Below, one piece after another: positions 39,237 to 52,335 of a stretch of 64,000 nucleotides of DNA. Below the pieces are notes generated by a model. The model searched no databases. It was not told where the DNA came from and saw nothing but the letters and a program-made list of their open reading frames with translations. The stretch's first letter is position 1; the number at the start of each line of letters is the position of its first letter. The DNA comes from Lingula anatina. Taxonomy: Eukaryota; Animalia; Brachiopoda. Position numbers and translations under genes: made by a program. The stretch is taken from contig CM120645.1 in assembly GCA_051362555.1 (NCBI GenBank), forward strand, positions 14,818,001 through 14,882,000, read 5' to 3'.

Positions 39237-39577
39237 TGTGATGGATGTTAAAGTGGTAAAGTCATAGACCTTTTAATTACAACATAGACAAAATATTGTA
39301 ATCTGGGTCTGTGGTTAAATTTATAATATAATTTATGCAATGTGGGTACATGTGCATAAGGGGCCGGTGTAAGAATCGGATAACCGATTTTTTGTTTATT
39401 TTGATTAATGTAGACTTAAGCGGCCCATTTGCGTGATCTTTTATGTGAGGAGATAGGATTGCGAGGAGAATTGATTGACACTTCAGCAGCGTGGCTGTTT
39501 TGCAGTTTTCATTCTGTAGGAATAGACATTTTTGCGACACTCCTTTGTGCTTTTATGACACTTCAGACACCACATAG

Positions 39578-39611
39578 TATAATATCGTCAAGTTACATGT
39601 AGATGTTCAGT
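39578..39611 (+). promoter_or_regulatory. LTR core promoter: TATA-like box and initiator
   Basis: TATAAT at 39578 and TCAGT at 39607-39611; the A at 39609 is 31 nt after the first T, the canonical TATA-Inr spacing. Confidence 0.6.
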
Positions 39612-40343
39612 GATTTTGTTAGAGGAAATTCAGCTTTTCAGGATAAAAAGGAATAATTGACATCCACGAAAGCCAGCAATGTGAGTTTTATGATTGCTCT
39701 GTTGTATAAGTTAGTTTAACATTCTTAATGCAGTTTAAAATTGTTTGTAACACTCTGTTTTATTTAAGAAGACATATTTATGTTCTTTTTTGGTTTGTTT
39801 TCGTTTTAGTCAGAACCATTGGACTACAAGTACTGATGCGTATCTGATGCTGGTTACTGAAATAAACATACAGAATATTTAACCAAGACTTTATTGTTCT
39901 CAATTAAGATCCGTGGGATCTTACAGTCATTAAGCTGAAAGGTTTATGGAGCAGACAGGTAAATTCTACTCAACAGTTTGAATGTATTCTTAGAAAAGTC
40001 GCTTTTAATACAATACCAATTGTTAAAGGGGAACACCGTGAATCTCATTTGTGCGCTCGATAAAATCTGTTATCATTTGCGTATTTATTGGATACAGCAT
40101 CAGACTGATAGTACATTTATATTATATCAAACTGATAATTATATGACAAAACGTCCTACTCTATATTGTCTGTGACGACGGAATACAAATACTCTAGACC
40201 TAAAATGTATTCGCAGCTACGTGTATGCTCGGATCCGATTGTACATTAGACTTCATTTAGAAGAAAAAACAGATGAGATGGGACAATTCTTGATATAAAC
40301 CAATGTATTTTACAGGTAATGTCATTTACAAAACTTTATACCG

Positions 40344-43300
40344 ATGGTCCTTTTTCTACTGAAAATGGCTGACCATACGCAGGTACCAGAGGAAACTGTG
40401 CATTCGAACGACATATCTGCAGGAAACAGTGCAGCCGACGGTGAAGACTTCTCCCTTACCTTAAACTCCTCGCACGAAGAGGAACACACTGAAGTTAAAG
40501 ACAGCACACCCTATGGCTGCTACTTCTGTCTCAAAGTGTTTGCCTCGTTTCTCTTCGCGACTGCACTGCTTTTCGCCTTAGTGGCCAACAAGGTGACAAT
40601 ATACGCCATATCTCACAGCTTGTCAAACCACTCCTCAGGTTCTGGACCCAATGAATTGACCATCGATACCATCGACCAGAAGATATCAGTGTTTATGTTA
40701 ATGGTCATCTTGATTATTCCATACGGCCTGGCGTCTCTGCGCTGTCTTTGGAGTTCGGGGGTGCTTCAGACCTTGACGCGGAACCTTTTTTGTTTCTGCT
40801 GTTGCGCCAACTTTTCCTGTTCCAGAGCAAAGCGCGACTTGGAGACGCCGTGGCCTTCATGGGGGCGTATAGCTTTGGTCAGTATTATAAAATACAGTGC
40901 TTTTATTATGTTTTATAATAACTGTTATTTTTCCATCCCGGTAAATGATATGGGGATGACCATCTTTATCAAAGCGTGATTTTACCTCTCTTGTATGCTT
41001 TTCATGGTGGGATGTTTAAAATGGGGAGTTCATTCATTTCAACACATTGCTGTGGCACACGTATGTCGCTTACTCAAATTATTATCAACTCAGAATATTT
41101 TTAACCAGTGATTATAGCACAAGTGTATTGTAACTGAAAACAGAAATTATAGAACATATAATGTTAACCTTCCAGATATCATTGAAACGCTATATCGTGA
41201 CATACCTTTATATAGTCCATACGTCAATGATAAAACCCAATCTAAACGATAACATACCACGCCACCAGAGCTAGGCCCTGTATATCAGACATCTTTCACA
41301 TATTCATTATACAGTACTAGTATATAAAGCACTGGGCATGCCCCCCCCTTCCCGGCACAGCCCGGCCCTGTATAGTGGTCCCATGCATCTGTTACCGTAC
41401 ATGCATTGGGCAGGCGTTTGGCACTTCTTTCAACCTGCTTATCACTGTTAATACGAATCCTAATATTTGATATTAAATGTTGCATTAAATGAGATAAATC
41501 AATGCAGTGAAAGCCATATCATCATTATTATTGACTGGTTTGTGCTACCAAAAATAAGAGGTTTATTGAGTAATTGTCTTTTGTTATTTAATGTTTGGTT
41601 AATGTCTTATAATCAATATGGCCTGTATTTTGATTTATTATAGATAATAGTGACAAGTCTTTTGGAAGTCCTCGGCCTCTGGATCATCCTTCTGTACGTA
41701 TTCCCTTTCTCAACCGGATTGGAAAGCGTTTTGTCGTCTGCCTTGGTTTTCCTCGGCTGCAACATATCCGATCTTCTCCTTTGGCTCAAAGGGAAATGTC
41801 TCCATGGCGATGAACAAACCCAACAGGAGCCCAACGCCCGAACAAAACTTTTCACCGCTTTGTTTAATACAGTCCCTTTATTTCTAAGTGCAATCGGCCT
41901 ATTCCTTTTGCTGTTCTTTGATAAGGATATTAGACATGATGGCGAACGCGGGGAAAGTTCCCCTATTGCATGGTCCCTCCCACTAGGTGTCGCTCTGGTA
42001 GCTGTGTCTTGGGTACCAACTATACTACAGTGGCAAGTGACCATTACACCCAAGAAACAATTGCCTATCTCACGCATTCGTTTTCAGTTGCTCGCAGAAG
42101 ATGAAACTGGAGTTTCCATTTTTCCAGACGGATGTCGCTGGAAAGCTGGCTTGATTTCAAACTTCTTGAAAGTGTTTTTTGTTCCACTTGTCCTGCTCAT
42201 TCTAGGAGAAATTTATACTCAAAACGATGCCATAATTAACATTGCCCTGTTAATATCACCGAATGAATTTGCCATCTACGTTTTCCACCAAGAGTTTTTC
42301 TGGTATTTCATTATCAATATATTCTCTAGTTTTTTGGGGTATTTATTTGCATGGGCTACGATTGCGATTTCCTTTGGGTTTACCTGTCGGTTTTGCAAAA
42401 GTAAAAGAATTTTCATTTCCGCCCTCTTCTTCCCGCTTATCACCGCCTCGCCATTGGCGGCAATTTTGATCGGCCTGGAGCGCACGTGCTTGGTGATGCT
42501 TCCTCCTGAGCAATGTCATAGTCAGGATGAGTTAAGCTGGGGTTTCATTGCCACCGTCCTGATTCTGGTAGCTAGCTTTGTTTCATGTGGAGTTTGGATA
42601 GTCACTACAAGGCCCCGGACTATACTAACAAGCGAGTCTCAGGTGAGAAAAATTGACCGTCTGTTTTGGATTTTACCTGTTTATTCATAATATTATATTA
42701 AGAAATTATTTAACATATTCAAAATGCATAGTTTCACAACGTGTATAATACATCGCATTTATGCACAACCCGTTTGTTGAAGTATTAAAAAAGTGTTTCT
42801 TTTCCTAGATCTTTTGGCATGCTAACTACACTGGTGCTTTGTTGGAGCAATGGCTTTGGCTAAATCGTAAGACAGAGAAAAAAGATCTAACTCCAGTGCC
42901 AACTGACAAGGAAAAGAAAAATTGTGTTATCTATTTATGTACAACAATGTGTAATGAGGTAGGATACACAGTGTTGTTGTTCGGAATTTCTTTTTTAAAC
43001 CATAAATAAACATCAAACTCGCATAGTCAGACAGTCAGCTTGAATAACATTTGCTTCTTGAGTTTGTAAAGACAATAATACGTTTCAGCACTGAATTTAC
43101 GACACTGAAATAGATGGTGATCCCAAAGGAAAATGTGTATGTTCTGTAGTGGAAAATTCCTGTTTTAGTCAGAAGAGGAAATGACCCAACTACTTCTTTC
43201 TTTGAAAAATGTCATTGATGGTAGAGACAGAGGATCGCCATTGTTCCACTCTCACGTATGGCTAGATGGTGCTTTTGACACCAAGACGAAACCAGAAAGT

Positions 43301-46300
43301 AATACACTCAGTAGAAACGCACTTCAGTTACTGGGCATAGTAAAATCTGTGTTTGGTGAGTTATTTTTAAAGATGACATACAAAGAAGCTTACCGTCATC
43401 AATTAATGTCAAAATAATGTGATTTTCTATTGTAACATGTATTACTAGTACTTTGTTTTAGCAGATAACATCCGAGTGTGGTTTTTTTACTTAAAGTTAT
43501 TTATTGAAGCAGGTCTTATATCTGTAAGAGTAATAGAAAATCATCTAAATATATTCAAGTACACTTGCAAGGATAGTTGCTGTTCGCTTGGAAATTTCTA
43601 ATTTAATGAAAAAAACCAATTCGACCTATTCCACAAAAAAAACAAATCTGCAAAGAGAGTCTCTTGGTTGTCGTTAACTATTAGCTCAAAATCTCCACAA
43701 AGATGGATTGAACAATCTCTTTATCACTGCGAATATGTTTATGAAAAAACTTAAATGTTTCATATAACACTTATCTTAGATGTCAGTTTAGGGAATGAAC
43801 CACCTGGTACAGTATCCTACCGTTTTGAGACGAGGAAAACAAGGTACGGTCGCCGCTTTACGTGGACATTTTATGATCTCAATGAGGAACTGGAAGATGT
43901 GGATCTAAATGTGCATCTCAAGGACAACAGAAAGGTAATTTTACCTCCATGTTGCTGTTTTATATATTATGCGGCCTGGTGAATATTTCGAACGGACGCC
44001 AAAAACTTTGCCTATGAAATAATTATCATTTTTTCTTCTTGATGCTATCACTAACGTCGCTTAGATGCAGCACTTTATTCAATTACAACATAAATGTGAT
44101 CAAATCCACTGGTAGTACCCGTGCTTGCCAGAATTTGAACAGGGAGTCGTTTGCTCCCGTAGACAAACAGAAATGATCCATTTCGTCAAAAGTCTGCCAC
44201 CAAATGCAATATCCAACAATATGTTTAAGAATTAAAATAAGCAGTAGTTTTGTGTATATTGGAATATGTGCATATAAGTGACGCTCATATGTTTTCTTAA
44301 ATACAGACTTGACATTTAATATGGAATATTTCAGTTTTAAAGGTATACCTAGGTAAAAATGCGTTCTTCATTGAAAAAACTCAGATCTCATATAAGATAT
44401 CTGACTGGAGAAGTGTGAAGACAGGTGTGTCTCTACCAATTAACTGATTACCAAGTCTGACGCATTGCTGCATTGTGTAATATGCAGTGATTTAATTGGG
44501 TAGTGCTCCTTTGGGGTGGCCAAAGCTTGACTTTGGCGAGGCATGGTTCTGTCAAAAATGTATCCATATGTCGGCAACTATTGCATAGAAGAATTTGAAA
44601 TTTTGCATGCAAGCGGTCGGTTTTGCAGTGCGTAAAATGAGTTAAGCATTGTTTATCAAAATCGTTAAGCTGTGCCAGAATGGCGCGAAAAAGACAGACA
44701 TTGCCAGACAGATTATTGCCCCAAACGGAACTGTCCGCACAGTTTCGTAGAGTAATGCCCAGGGTTATGTGCCCACACAGACAACACGTCCAATGTATCG
44801 ATATCTTACCACCAAGATACAGGACTCAATGTCCTTCAGGAAATGCTGCTACAATTAAACCAAAACCACCTAGTCCGTTTCAAATGAGGGGCAAATTGTC
44901 ACCAAAACGCGTTTTCAAGGCGCTAAGCGAAGACCAAAATGGTTTCAGCAGGTTAGGATATTAGGCCACCTCTGAGGAAGCCACTGTAAACAGCAAAACA
45001 GCGTAGTTTGTTTCTCTAATTAATTGGGGACCATGTCCGTTTCTGGGTAGAACACTGAAATTGCGTTGTTTTCTTTAATGAGGTCAGATTTCACCTGTAC
45101 CGCTAAATTGGTCAAAAAAGAGTTTACAGACATCCTGAAGAGGCCTACGACAAGGTGTGTGCCGCTTCTGAAGTGACTAGGGCCATTGACATCGTCAATA
45201 TTTGGAGTTGATACCACATTGGTGCCAAAACACCAATGGAAGTCATCGATGAAAACCTGAACCAGATCAAATAAAGGAATAATCTGGGAACCACTTGACT
45301 ATCATTTGATAGGGGACACCTTAGGCACAGTTTTAGGTTGCACGATCAGATTGCTGGTTCACACAGAAAACTTTTTATAGCAGATAACTTACAGAACCAA
45401 AGGAATAAGCAGCTACCTTGGTCATCAAAATCGCCATATTTGAACCACTTTGACAATATGTGGTTCGGTCAATAGTCGCCAAATCAACGGCCTGCATGTC
45501 CTACAACAAAACTGAACCAAATTGGACAAGTTTTAACCGTTGACTGGAATTTTATTCCAGATTAAATTCTGAAAAAATATCGCAAGAAATGCCTTGCCTC
45601 TTGAAAGCTCTGGTAGCAGGAAGATAAGGTCAGGCATAGCAGCGACTGTTAATGTGACTAGACACTGACATGAGGGTCCTTTGTGGGTCGTGTAATTCTT
45701 TTAAAGACGATAATTTAGGAGATATGGAGATCCAAAATATCGCTTTCAATGGTTGTCGTATGACTTAAAATTGGCAATGCATTTTTGTTTGCTTCACTGG
45801 GGAAGTCAATTAAAAAACTGATGTTGCAATGACATGGAACATTTTATCAAAAGTTATTAAAACACGATTTTAATCCTTATTTTTATTTATCAGTCTGCAA
45901 AATGGGAAAAAAACTGATTAATAATGATTTAGAAAAAATATTCCATATTAAATGTCAAGTCTGTAGTTACTCGAGAGAGAAAGTGGTCAATAGTCAATAC
46001 TTTTTATTTATTCGCTTTAGGTTAAGAAGAAGAAACGTTGGAGCCAGATTATGTACTTATCGTACATCATTGATTTTCTCTGTGTAAAATCTGCAAAAAG
46101 AACTGGTTTAGATGTGGATGAAAGTAAGCAAATATATGTAAGGCATAATGCAACCTGCAGGGTAGTCATTTCACAGAAATACAGTTAGATTCCTCTTCAA
46201 CACATAAGATTATGATTTAGTGTATTTTAATAACTGTAATGTTCATATTCGATTTCGACGTCTTTTATTCTGCCCCAACCATTGTGCTTCGTTTTTGTAT

Positions 46301-49300
46301 TTCAACTGCTGTTTGGCTAACTTTGTTCACATTTACAGTTCAATTAATCGCGTTTCAGTTTTGAAGGATACTTTTATCTTGACGACCGACGCTGATGTGA
46401 AGTTTGAATTTGCATCGGTAGAGGCTCTCCTTGATGTTTTCCTGCGAGACGAAACCAAGCAGCTTGGAGCCGTTTGTGCCCGAACCCACCCGCTGGGTTC
46501 TGTAGCCAACCCTTTAGTATCATACCAGATTTTTGACTACGCTATTGGCCACTGGTTGCAAAAGGTAGACAGCGCCTGTCAGACATGTTGTTGGTTTGAG
46601 CACAAGGCAGAAACGGTGATCATTTACAAGACAAAGAATACCTGCTTAAAAAGTAGTCAAATTTCGCAAGATGATAAATGAAGAAACTCCGTTAAATGCT
46701 TTCCTCTCTGCCGTTAAAGGGAACAAACCAGAAAAAGAAAGCCTTATTGGCAGAGAGGGAAAATATTTTTCACAAATATAGATATAAAAAGAATATATTA
46801 CAAGTAGCAAAGTGAGACTTATAGAATTAAGAGGTTCTCATGTGCATTGGAGGCAATCATATTATTTTATTATATTCAGGTTGCCAACCACACTCTGGGA
46901 AGCGTGCTGTGTGCCCCCGGCTGCTTTAGCATGTACCGAACGGCCATTTTGAAAAACGTCCTACCAGAGTACGGGAGTGACACTAGCTGTGGCACGGAGT
47001 TCCTTTACAAAGACATGGGAGAGGACAGATGGCTCTGCACTCTGATGGTATGTGCATTTCTAAATTCAAAAAGGTTTCTTGGTTTGCAATATTTATTACT
47101 ATTGCAACACTGTGAACCCCCTTCCATGCCATATGTGGTAAAACTTTTATAAAAAAAAAGCAGGTAGCTTCACCTGTCACCAAAAGTGATAAATTGAGTC
47201 TTCTGTTTCGTTGGCAGACGCGTTGTCTATTGCGCCAAGAGGCCGTGATACTTACAATTTTCAAAAAATGAAATAAAGTGAAATGTTCTTTTTCTGACGA
47301 ATACGTACTAACATTGTCTTTGTAAAACACAGGTTAACAACGGGGCGTGGCTTGAGTACTGCGCGGCTGCAGAAGACAAAACATTTTGTCCAACTGGGTT
47401 TGAGGAATTCTTCAAGCAGCGACGACGTTGGATTGTATCTACTATGGCTAATATGTTCTTACTGATGAGAACATTCGGTACAGTCGTCCGCTGTAACAAA
47501 CACATCACAACTTTGTTTATGGTTTACCAGTTTTTGCTGTTCATATCATCCCTCATTGGTCCCGCAACGGTCATTTTGGTAATAGCAGGTACGTTGAATG
47601 GAGTCATCCTCGTCATAGTGTTTGTGAAGATATCGGTTCAATGGTGTTATTTCTTTTTCTACACTATGAACAAAATATTTGCATTAAGGTGTTTTCCTTG
47701 TACATGTACATTTTATATGCAGGTATTTATCTCTTTTCTTCCACTTGTACAGCAAAAATTCTTTTCACCCCTTTAGCGCATCGCAATTGGTAAAAGTTCA
47801 TACTTATAAGGCAAGCATTTCGTTTTTTAGGTGGTTACGAGTACGCTTATGACATTAACAGCGTGATAATTACCATCATTCTCGTCATCCTGGCCGCCAT
47901 ATTACTCGTTGTTTGCTACTTTGCTGCGCACAAAACTCAGATTTTGGTATCTTGGAATTTTTGCATATAATTTTGTTTGTGCATATATTATGGATATGAT
48001 AATATTGTAATAATGGTGATTTTCAACCAGATTACTCACTTAAGATAATACTGAATTGTAAACAAATTACGCATAAATGGTAAAAAAACAAATATTTATT
48101 CAGTGTTAACAGTTTCTACCTTGTCATGTTGTAAACAAGGTTTGATGAATCTGGGCTTACTTTTGCACAATGCGCTGACTTCTCATAATATTGCATGTGT
48201 CTGATTTTCAGTTTGCTGTAGGTCTTAGTATAATTCTTGCCCTGGCCATGGTTGCTGGTTTTATAGGTACCGCCAGACAACTGGTGACTGACTATAACAA
48301 TATAACGGCTTTCGTTTACCAGGTAGATAAAAACGGTAAGTTGACTTTTCCTTCTGAGGGCTTATATATTATATCCAGGTTTATTTAAAGGCTTTTACTA
48401 TAAACAATTAATAGCGCCTATTGAATGTGAACATTTGCTGTTATTGCTATTGTTGTTGTTACTGTTATTGTTATTATTATTTGTATTTTTTAAATTTTTG
48501 TATGACTCTGTTTGTTTTATTATATCTTTTTCCGGTAAGATCCATGGAAAGTAAATGTTCCCATCAGCTCAATCTATATTACTGTCGTGGTGGGAATATT
48601 TGTGATTACAGCATTACTACATCCAACCGAATTCCTGTGTCTCCTGCACGGTAAGTTGCCACGTCGTACGAATACCAGATTTTAGAACGGAAACGCGCTG
48701 GAGAGATATACAACCATCATAAAGATACAAAAGAAAGAAGATTGATATCATAAATAGATAAACAAATGTTAAAAGTAGTGTTCAAGCATAGGAGTCAAGT
48801 TCAATCCCAATAAATAAAAAGACATAATGTAAGCAAGCATAACGTCAGACAAACATTTGACACAACTTGGAATGAAACGTTTTGGCGAAATACGCCAATG
48901 GAATCGAAATATCACAGGTTGATGGTTTCCATATATTTTTGTTCTTTTTCTTATTGTTAGGAATTACGTACCTATTTTTCCTGCCTGGGGGATATCTGAT
49001 TTTGATGATTTACAGTATTTGCAACATCACAGACCAATCTTGGGGTGAGTCACGTATTCTGACATCCCATTTACATAATAATAATAATAAAAATAATAAT
49101 AATTATAGAAAAATAATAATATTGATAATAAATATGTATTCTCCTATTGTATACATGTAGGTATCATTTAATACACATAGAACTGGAGTCGTTTTACCAT
49201 CTTGAGTGTGAAAAAGATTAAATAGAATAGAATGAAACTTGAGATGAGTTAAAAGTAATTGGTGAAATTGCTATTTTTACTGTGAAAAAGAGATGTGGCC

Positions 49301-52287
49301 TTTGGATGGAAGCTTTTAAGAATCGTTTGCTCCTTCTTTCATTGAATTTAGTATTATTTTTAATTTGTTTCATTGTCAGAAACTATTTCGGTATGATATT
49401 GTGTTCATTTTGATTGTGTTAAAGGAACTCGCGAATCCGAAAAAGAACAAGGCAAAGATGGAGTTCTCGGAAATTTTTTTAGAGATCTAAAATCATTTTG
49501 GTAAGTACAATTGAGATCTCACAGATTGACATAATTGGTGTCTGGATTTCCATTTACAAATACAGATTTTTTGCAAATATGATACAAGGCGATTGGTAAA
49601 GTTGACTCTATCACACTGAAAGCTCGCCAATAGGCTAATATACACATGCAGAAGTTAGACCATGTATCTGTTGTTTACCTCAGAATTCTTAAAGAATGTC
49701 ATTTAAATAAAAATGTTACCTTTTCTCAAGTATTCATAAGTGTTTTTTTTTTTTTTTTTTTTTTTCGCAGCTGTCCTGTGAAAGCAGACCGAAGTTCTGC
49801 CATGGAAATGGAAAACATGGACTCTGAAGGCGATGAGAATTCAGGTATTCTAATAGCTGTTTTCTTAACAAAAGTTCTTCATACCTTGGCTGATTGACTC
49901 ATAAAATGACGTTATAATTTGGAAATAATGGACAGCATCGAGTCTGAAGTTGATCAGGACCTAGGTATACTATTCTCTGTTTCCTTAAAAATTCGACGAA
50001 AATAGTCTGAATGACTCATACTTAAATGACATTGTTATTTGTAAATTGCAGTCATTTTTCATAATTTCGAGAGCTGTTTACCAATTAAAAATTATTCAGT
50101 TTAAATTGAAAAGAACGAGCTCGCCAGGACTCGAACCTGGAATCTTCTGCTCCGTAGGCAGACGCGCCACGAGCCCTTCTGTAGCTAGAATGATAAACAA
50201 CCGGCCGACACCGATACCTGAACCATTTTGAAATATGGTCTTAATGAAACTGTCTCAAATAGAATAGTTTTTGTCACATTTTGATGCTTCAATTGATAGT
50301 TAAAATTGATTTTCAATGTCCATTTCGCTGTAGTTGCAAATCTAACCAAAACTGTCAAATTACAGATATACCGTTCACTAGATCAAGAAGAAGGCGAAGA
50401 TTCCAACCGCCAGCTGGTACGTTCTCGGCAGACGACTGGCTTCGCGCGCAATTTTATGAAAAAGAAATACACGTAAGTTGCTTTAACAAAACAGTGAATT
50501 ATTGCAATGGCCTGTAAAAACGTATTTCGCAGCCGACAGGATTCGAACCTGTGCGGGGATACCCCAATGGATTTCAAGTCCATCGCCTTAACCACTCGGC
50601 CACGACTGCTGTATTATTACCTAAAGTTTCCTATGGAAAGGGCCAGAAGACGTGCGAACATCATATTAGAAATGCGTTTTTCCCCAAAAATGACGTGCAC
50701 CAGTTTATTTTCATTCACAGCAAGACACTTTTACTTTAAGGTTATCTAAAACCTTAAATTTCACTGTGGTTAAGACCAAATGGCGTTAGATATCTGCAAT
50801 TTCGTGTGTGAATTCTTAAGCCTTTATATATTCATTGCAGGCTTGCTCGCCTATGTTTGATGCGCTTGGCTACGGAGATACAAGTTTCATTGCAGGGATG
50901 TCACGAGAGGTAATTACCAATGGATCATTCATTATCCAGTGTTATGTGTCGGAATGATATTCTTGAGGCACGGACATATTCTGAGACATGTTGTATAAAA
51001 TTTACCCTCTACCAGGGCGACAGATAGATTTTTTACAGATATTCACAGATATGTCTCTAGATAGATAGACGGTCATTTTGGTCTGAAGTCACTTGAGGCA
51101 CGGACATATTCTGAGACATGTTGTATAAAACTAATATTACTCTAAAATAGGACAGAATATACTTAAATTAAACATACATCACCATAAGTAACTTTCGTGT
51201 ATTTCGTAGAAAATATAAAAGGAATGAATCCAAAGGTAGAGAAGTGAACTCAGTATATGCAAAAGCTTATACCCTCAGGGGAACAGCATGTACCCTGGGA
51301 ATGTTAAGGAACCAATGGTTTTATGTGCTATTTCAGGAAATTCGTCAAGTTGGTTTAACCAATCCTAAACATATCAACACCGTATACCGAGAAGCACAGT
51401 CTTTGCCGCCATTTTCTATTGACCCAAGATGGCCGATCACAGAGGTTTATTTGAAAGATTGTCATTTGTAATGATAATGTCCAATGTACATGTTGATTTC
51501 TTACACTGAAACTTACGACATTTTACTGACAAAAATAGGTTTGATTCATTTTAAAGTACAAAGTTCCTTGTCTTTTTAAATAATTCTTGATTTGGCAATT
51601 AAAGTGAAAATTCTTCATATTTTCATCGTAGCAGTTGCGTATAAAAAAAAACGAGCACCATGACACCTGAAATGTTATTTTTAATTGAATGGGATTTGTA
51701 GACGGAAAAGCGCATCAAATGGGTGAACAGAGTTGGCCTAATGGATTATAAAGATAGTCTGCTGGAAAAGTTTGACGACCTGCCTTCTACAACGAGCAAA
51801 AGTAAACTGAGAGTGAAGTATGGAATACATAAACCAGGTAAATAAGACGTGTAATGATACTTCTAACGCACGGACACATTATTTTAGTGCTACCTATCGT
51901 ATTAAATCGGTAAACAAAATTTTGGATCCACCGGCTATGCATTATCTCCTCCAAAAGGGGTCAGCTCTTTACATGCAGTGTACATATTGTGCTTTTTTAC
52001 TCATTGAAAATGAAATTTATTGCTTGAAATATTGTGTTTTCAATGTTTTAACTATCAATAAATGACAATGATTTTTTTTAATCTTAGGGCACTTGAAAAG
52101 ATTGTACACGGCCATACAGCAACTGCGGACACCAACAGGCGGTATTTATTATAATTTTTTATTTATCAATTTATTTATTTTTTTTTGTTTGTTTGTTTAT
52201 TTATTTATTTTTGCTTAGAGAAACTAATATTCCAACTCTTCATTTACTACCTTTTAGTCGCTACTCCAACGCTGAACTCTCTCTCTC

Positions 52288-52335
<48 letters not shown>

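Larger units (their letters stand above)
30679..39925 (+). mobile_element. Full-length Bel/Pao LTR retrotransposon (young); 5' LTR interrupted by a LINE
   Basis: TSD GTCAT at 30674-30678 and 39926-39930. LTRs TGTAAGA...TCTTACA: 3' LTR 39368-39925 (558 bp); 5' LTR 30679-30914 plus 33283-33604. Only 2 mismatches seen between them. PPT-like AAGGGGCCGG at 39358-39367. Single gag-pol ORF. Confidence 0.97.

Noticed and set aside
50382-50416. Alternative CHS exon reading DQEEGEDSNRQL from the AG at 50381
   Set aside because: The acceptor at 50365 gives the frame that continues into the SAM domain; kept only as a possible minor variant
50551-50609. tRNA with UGA read as a selenocysteine or suppressor tRNA
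   Set aside because: The anticodon itself is UGA, which decodes UCA serine; tRNA-Sec has anticodon UCA
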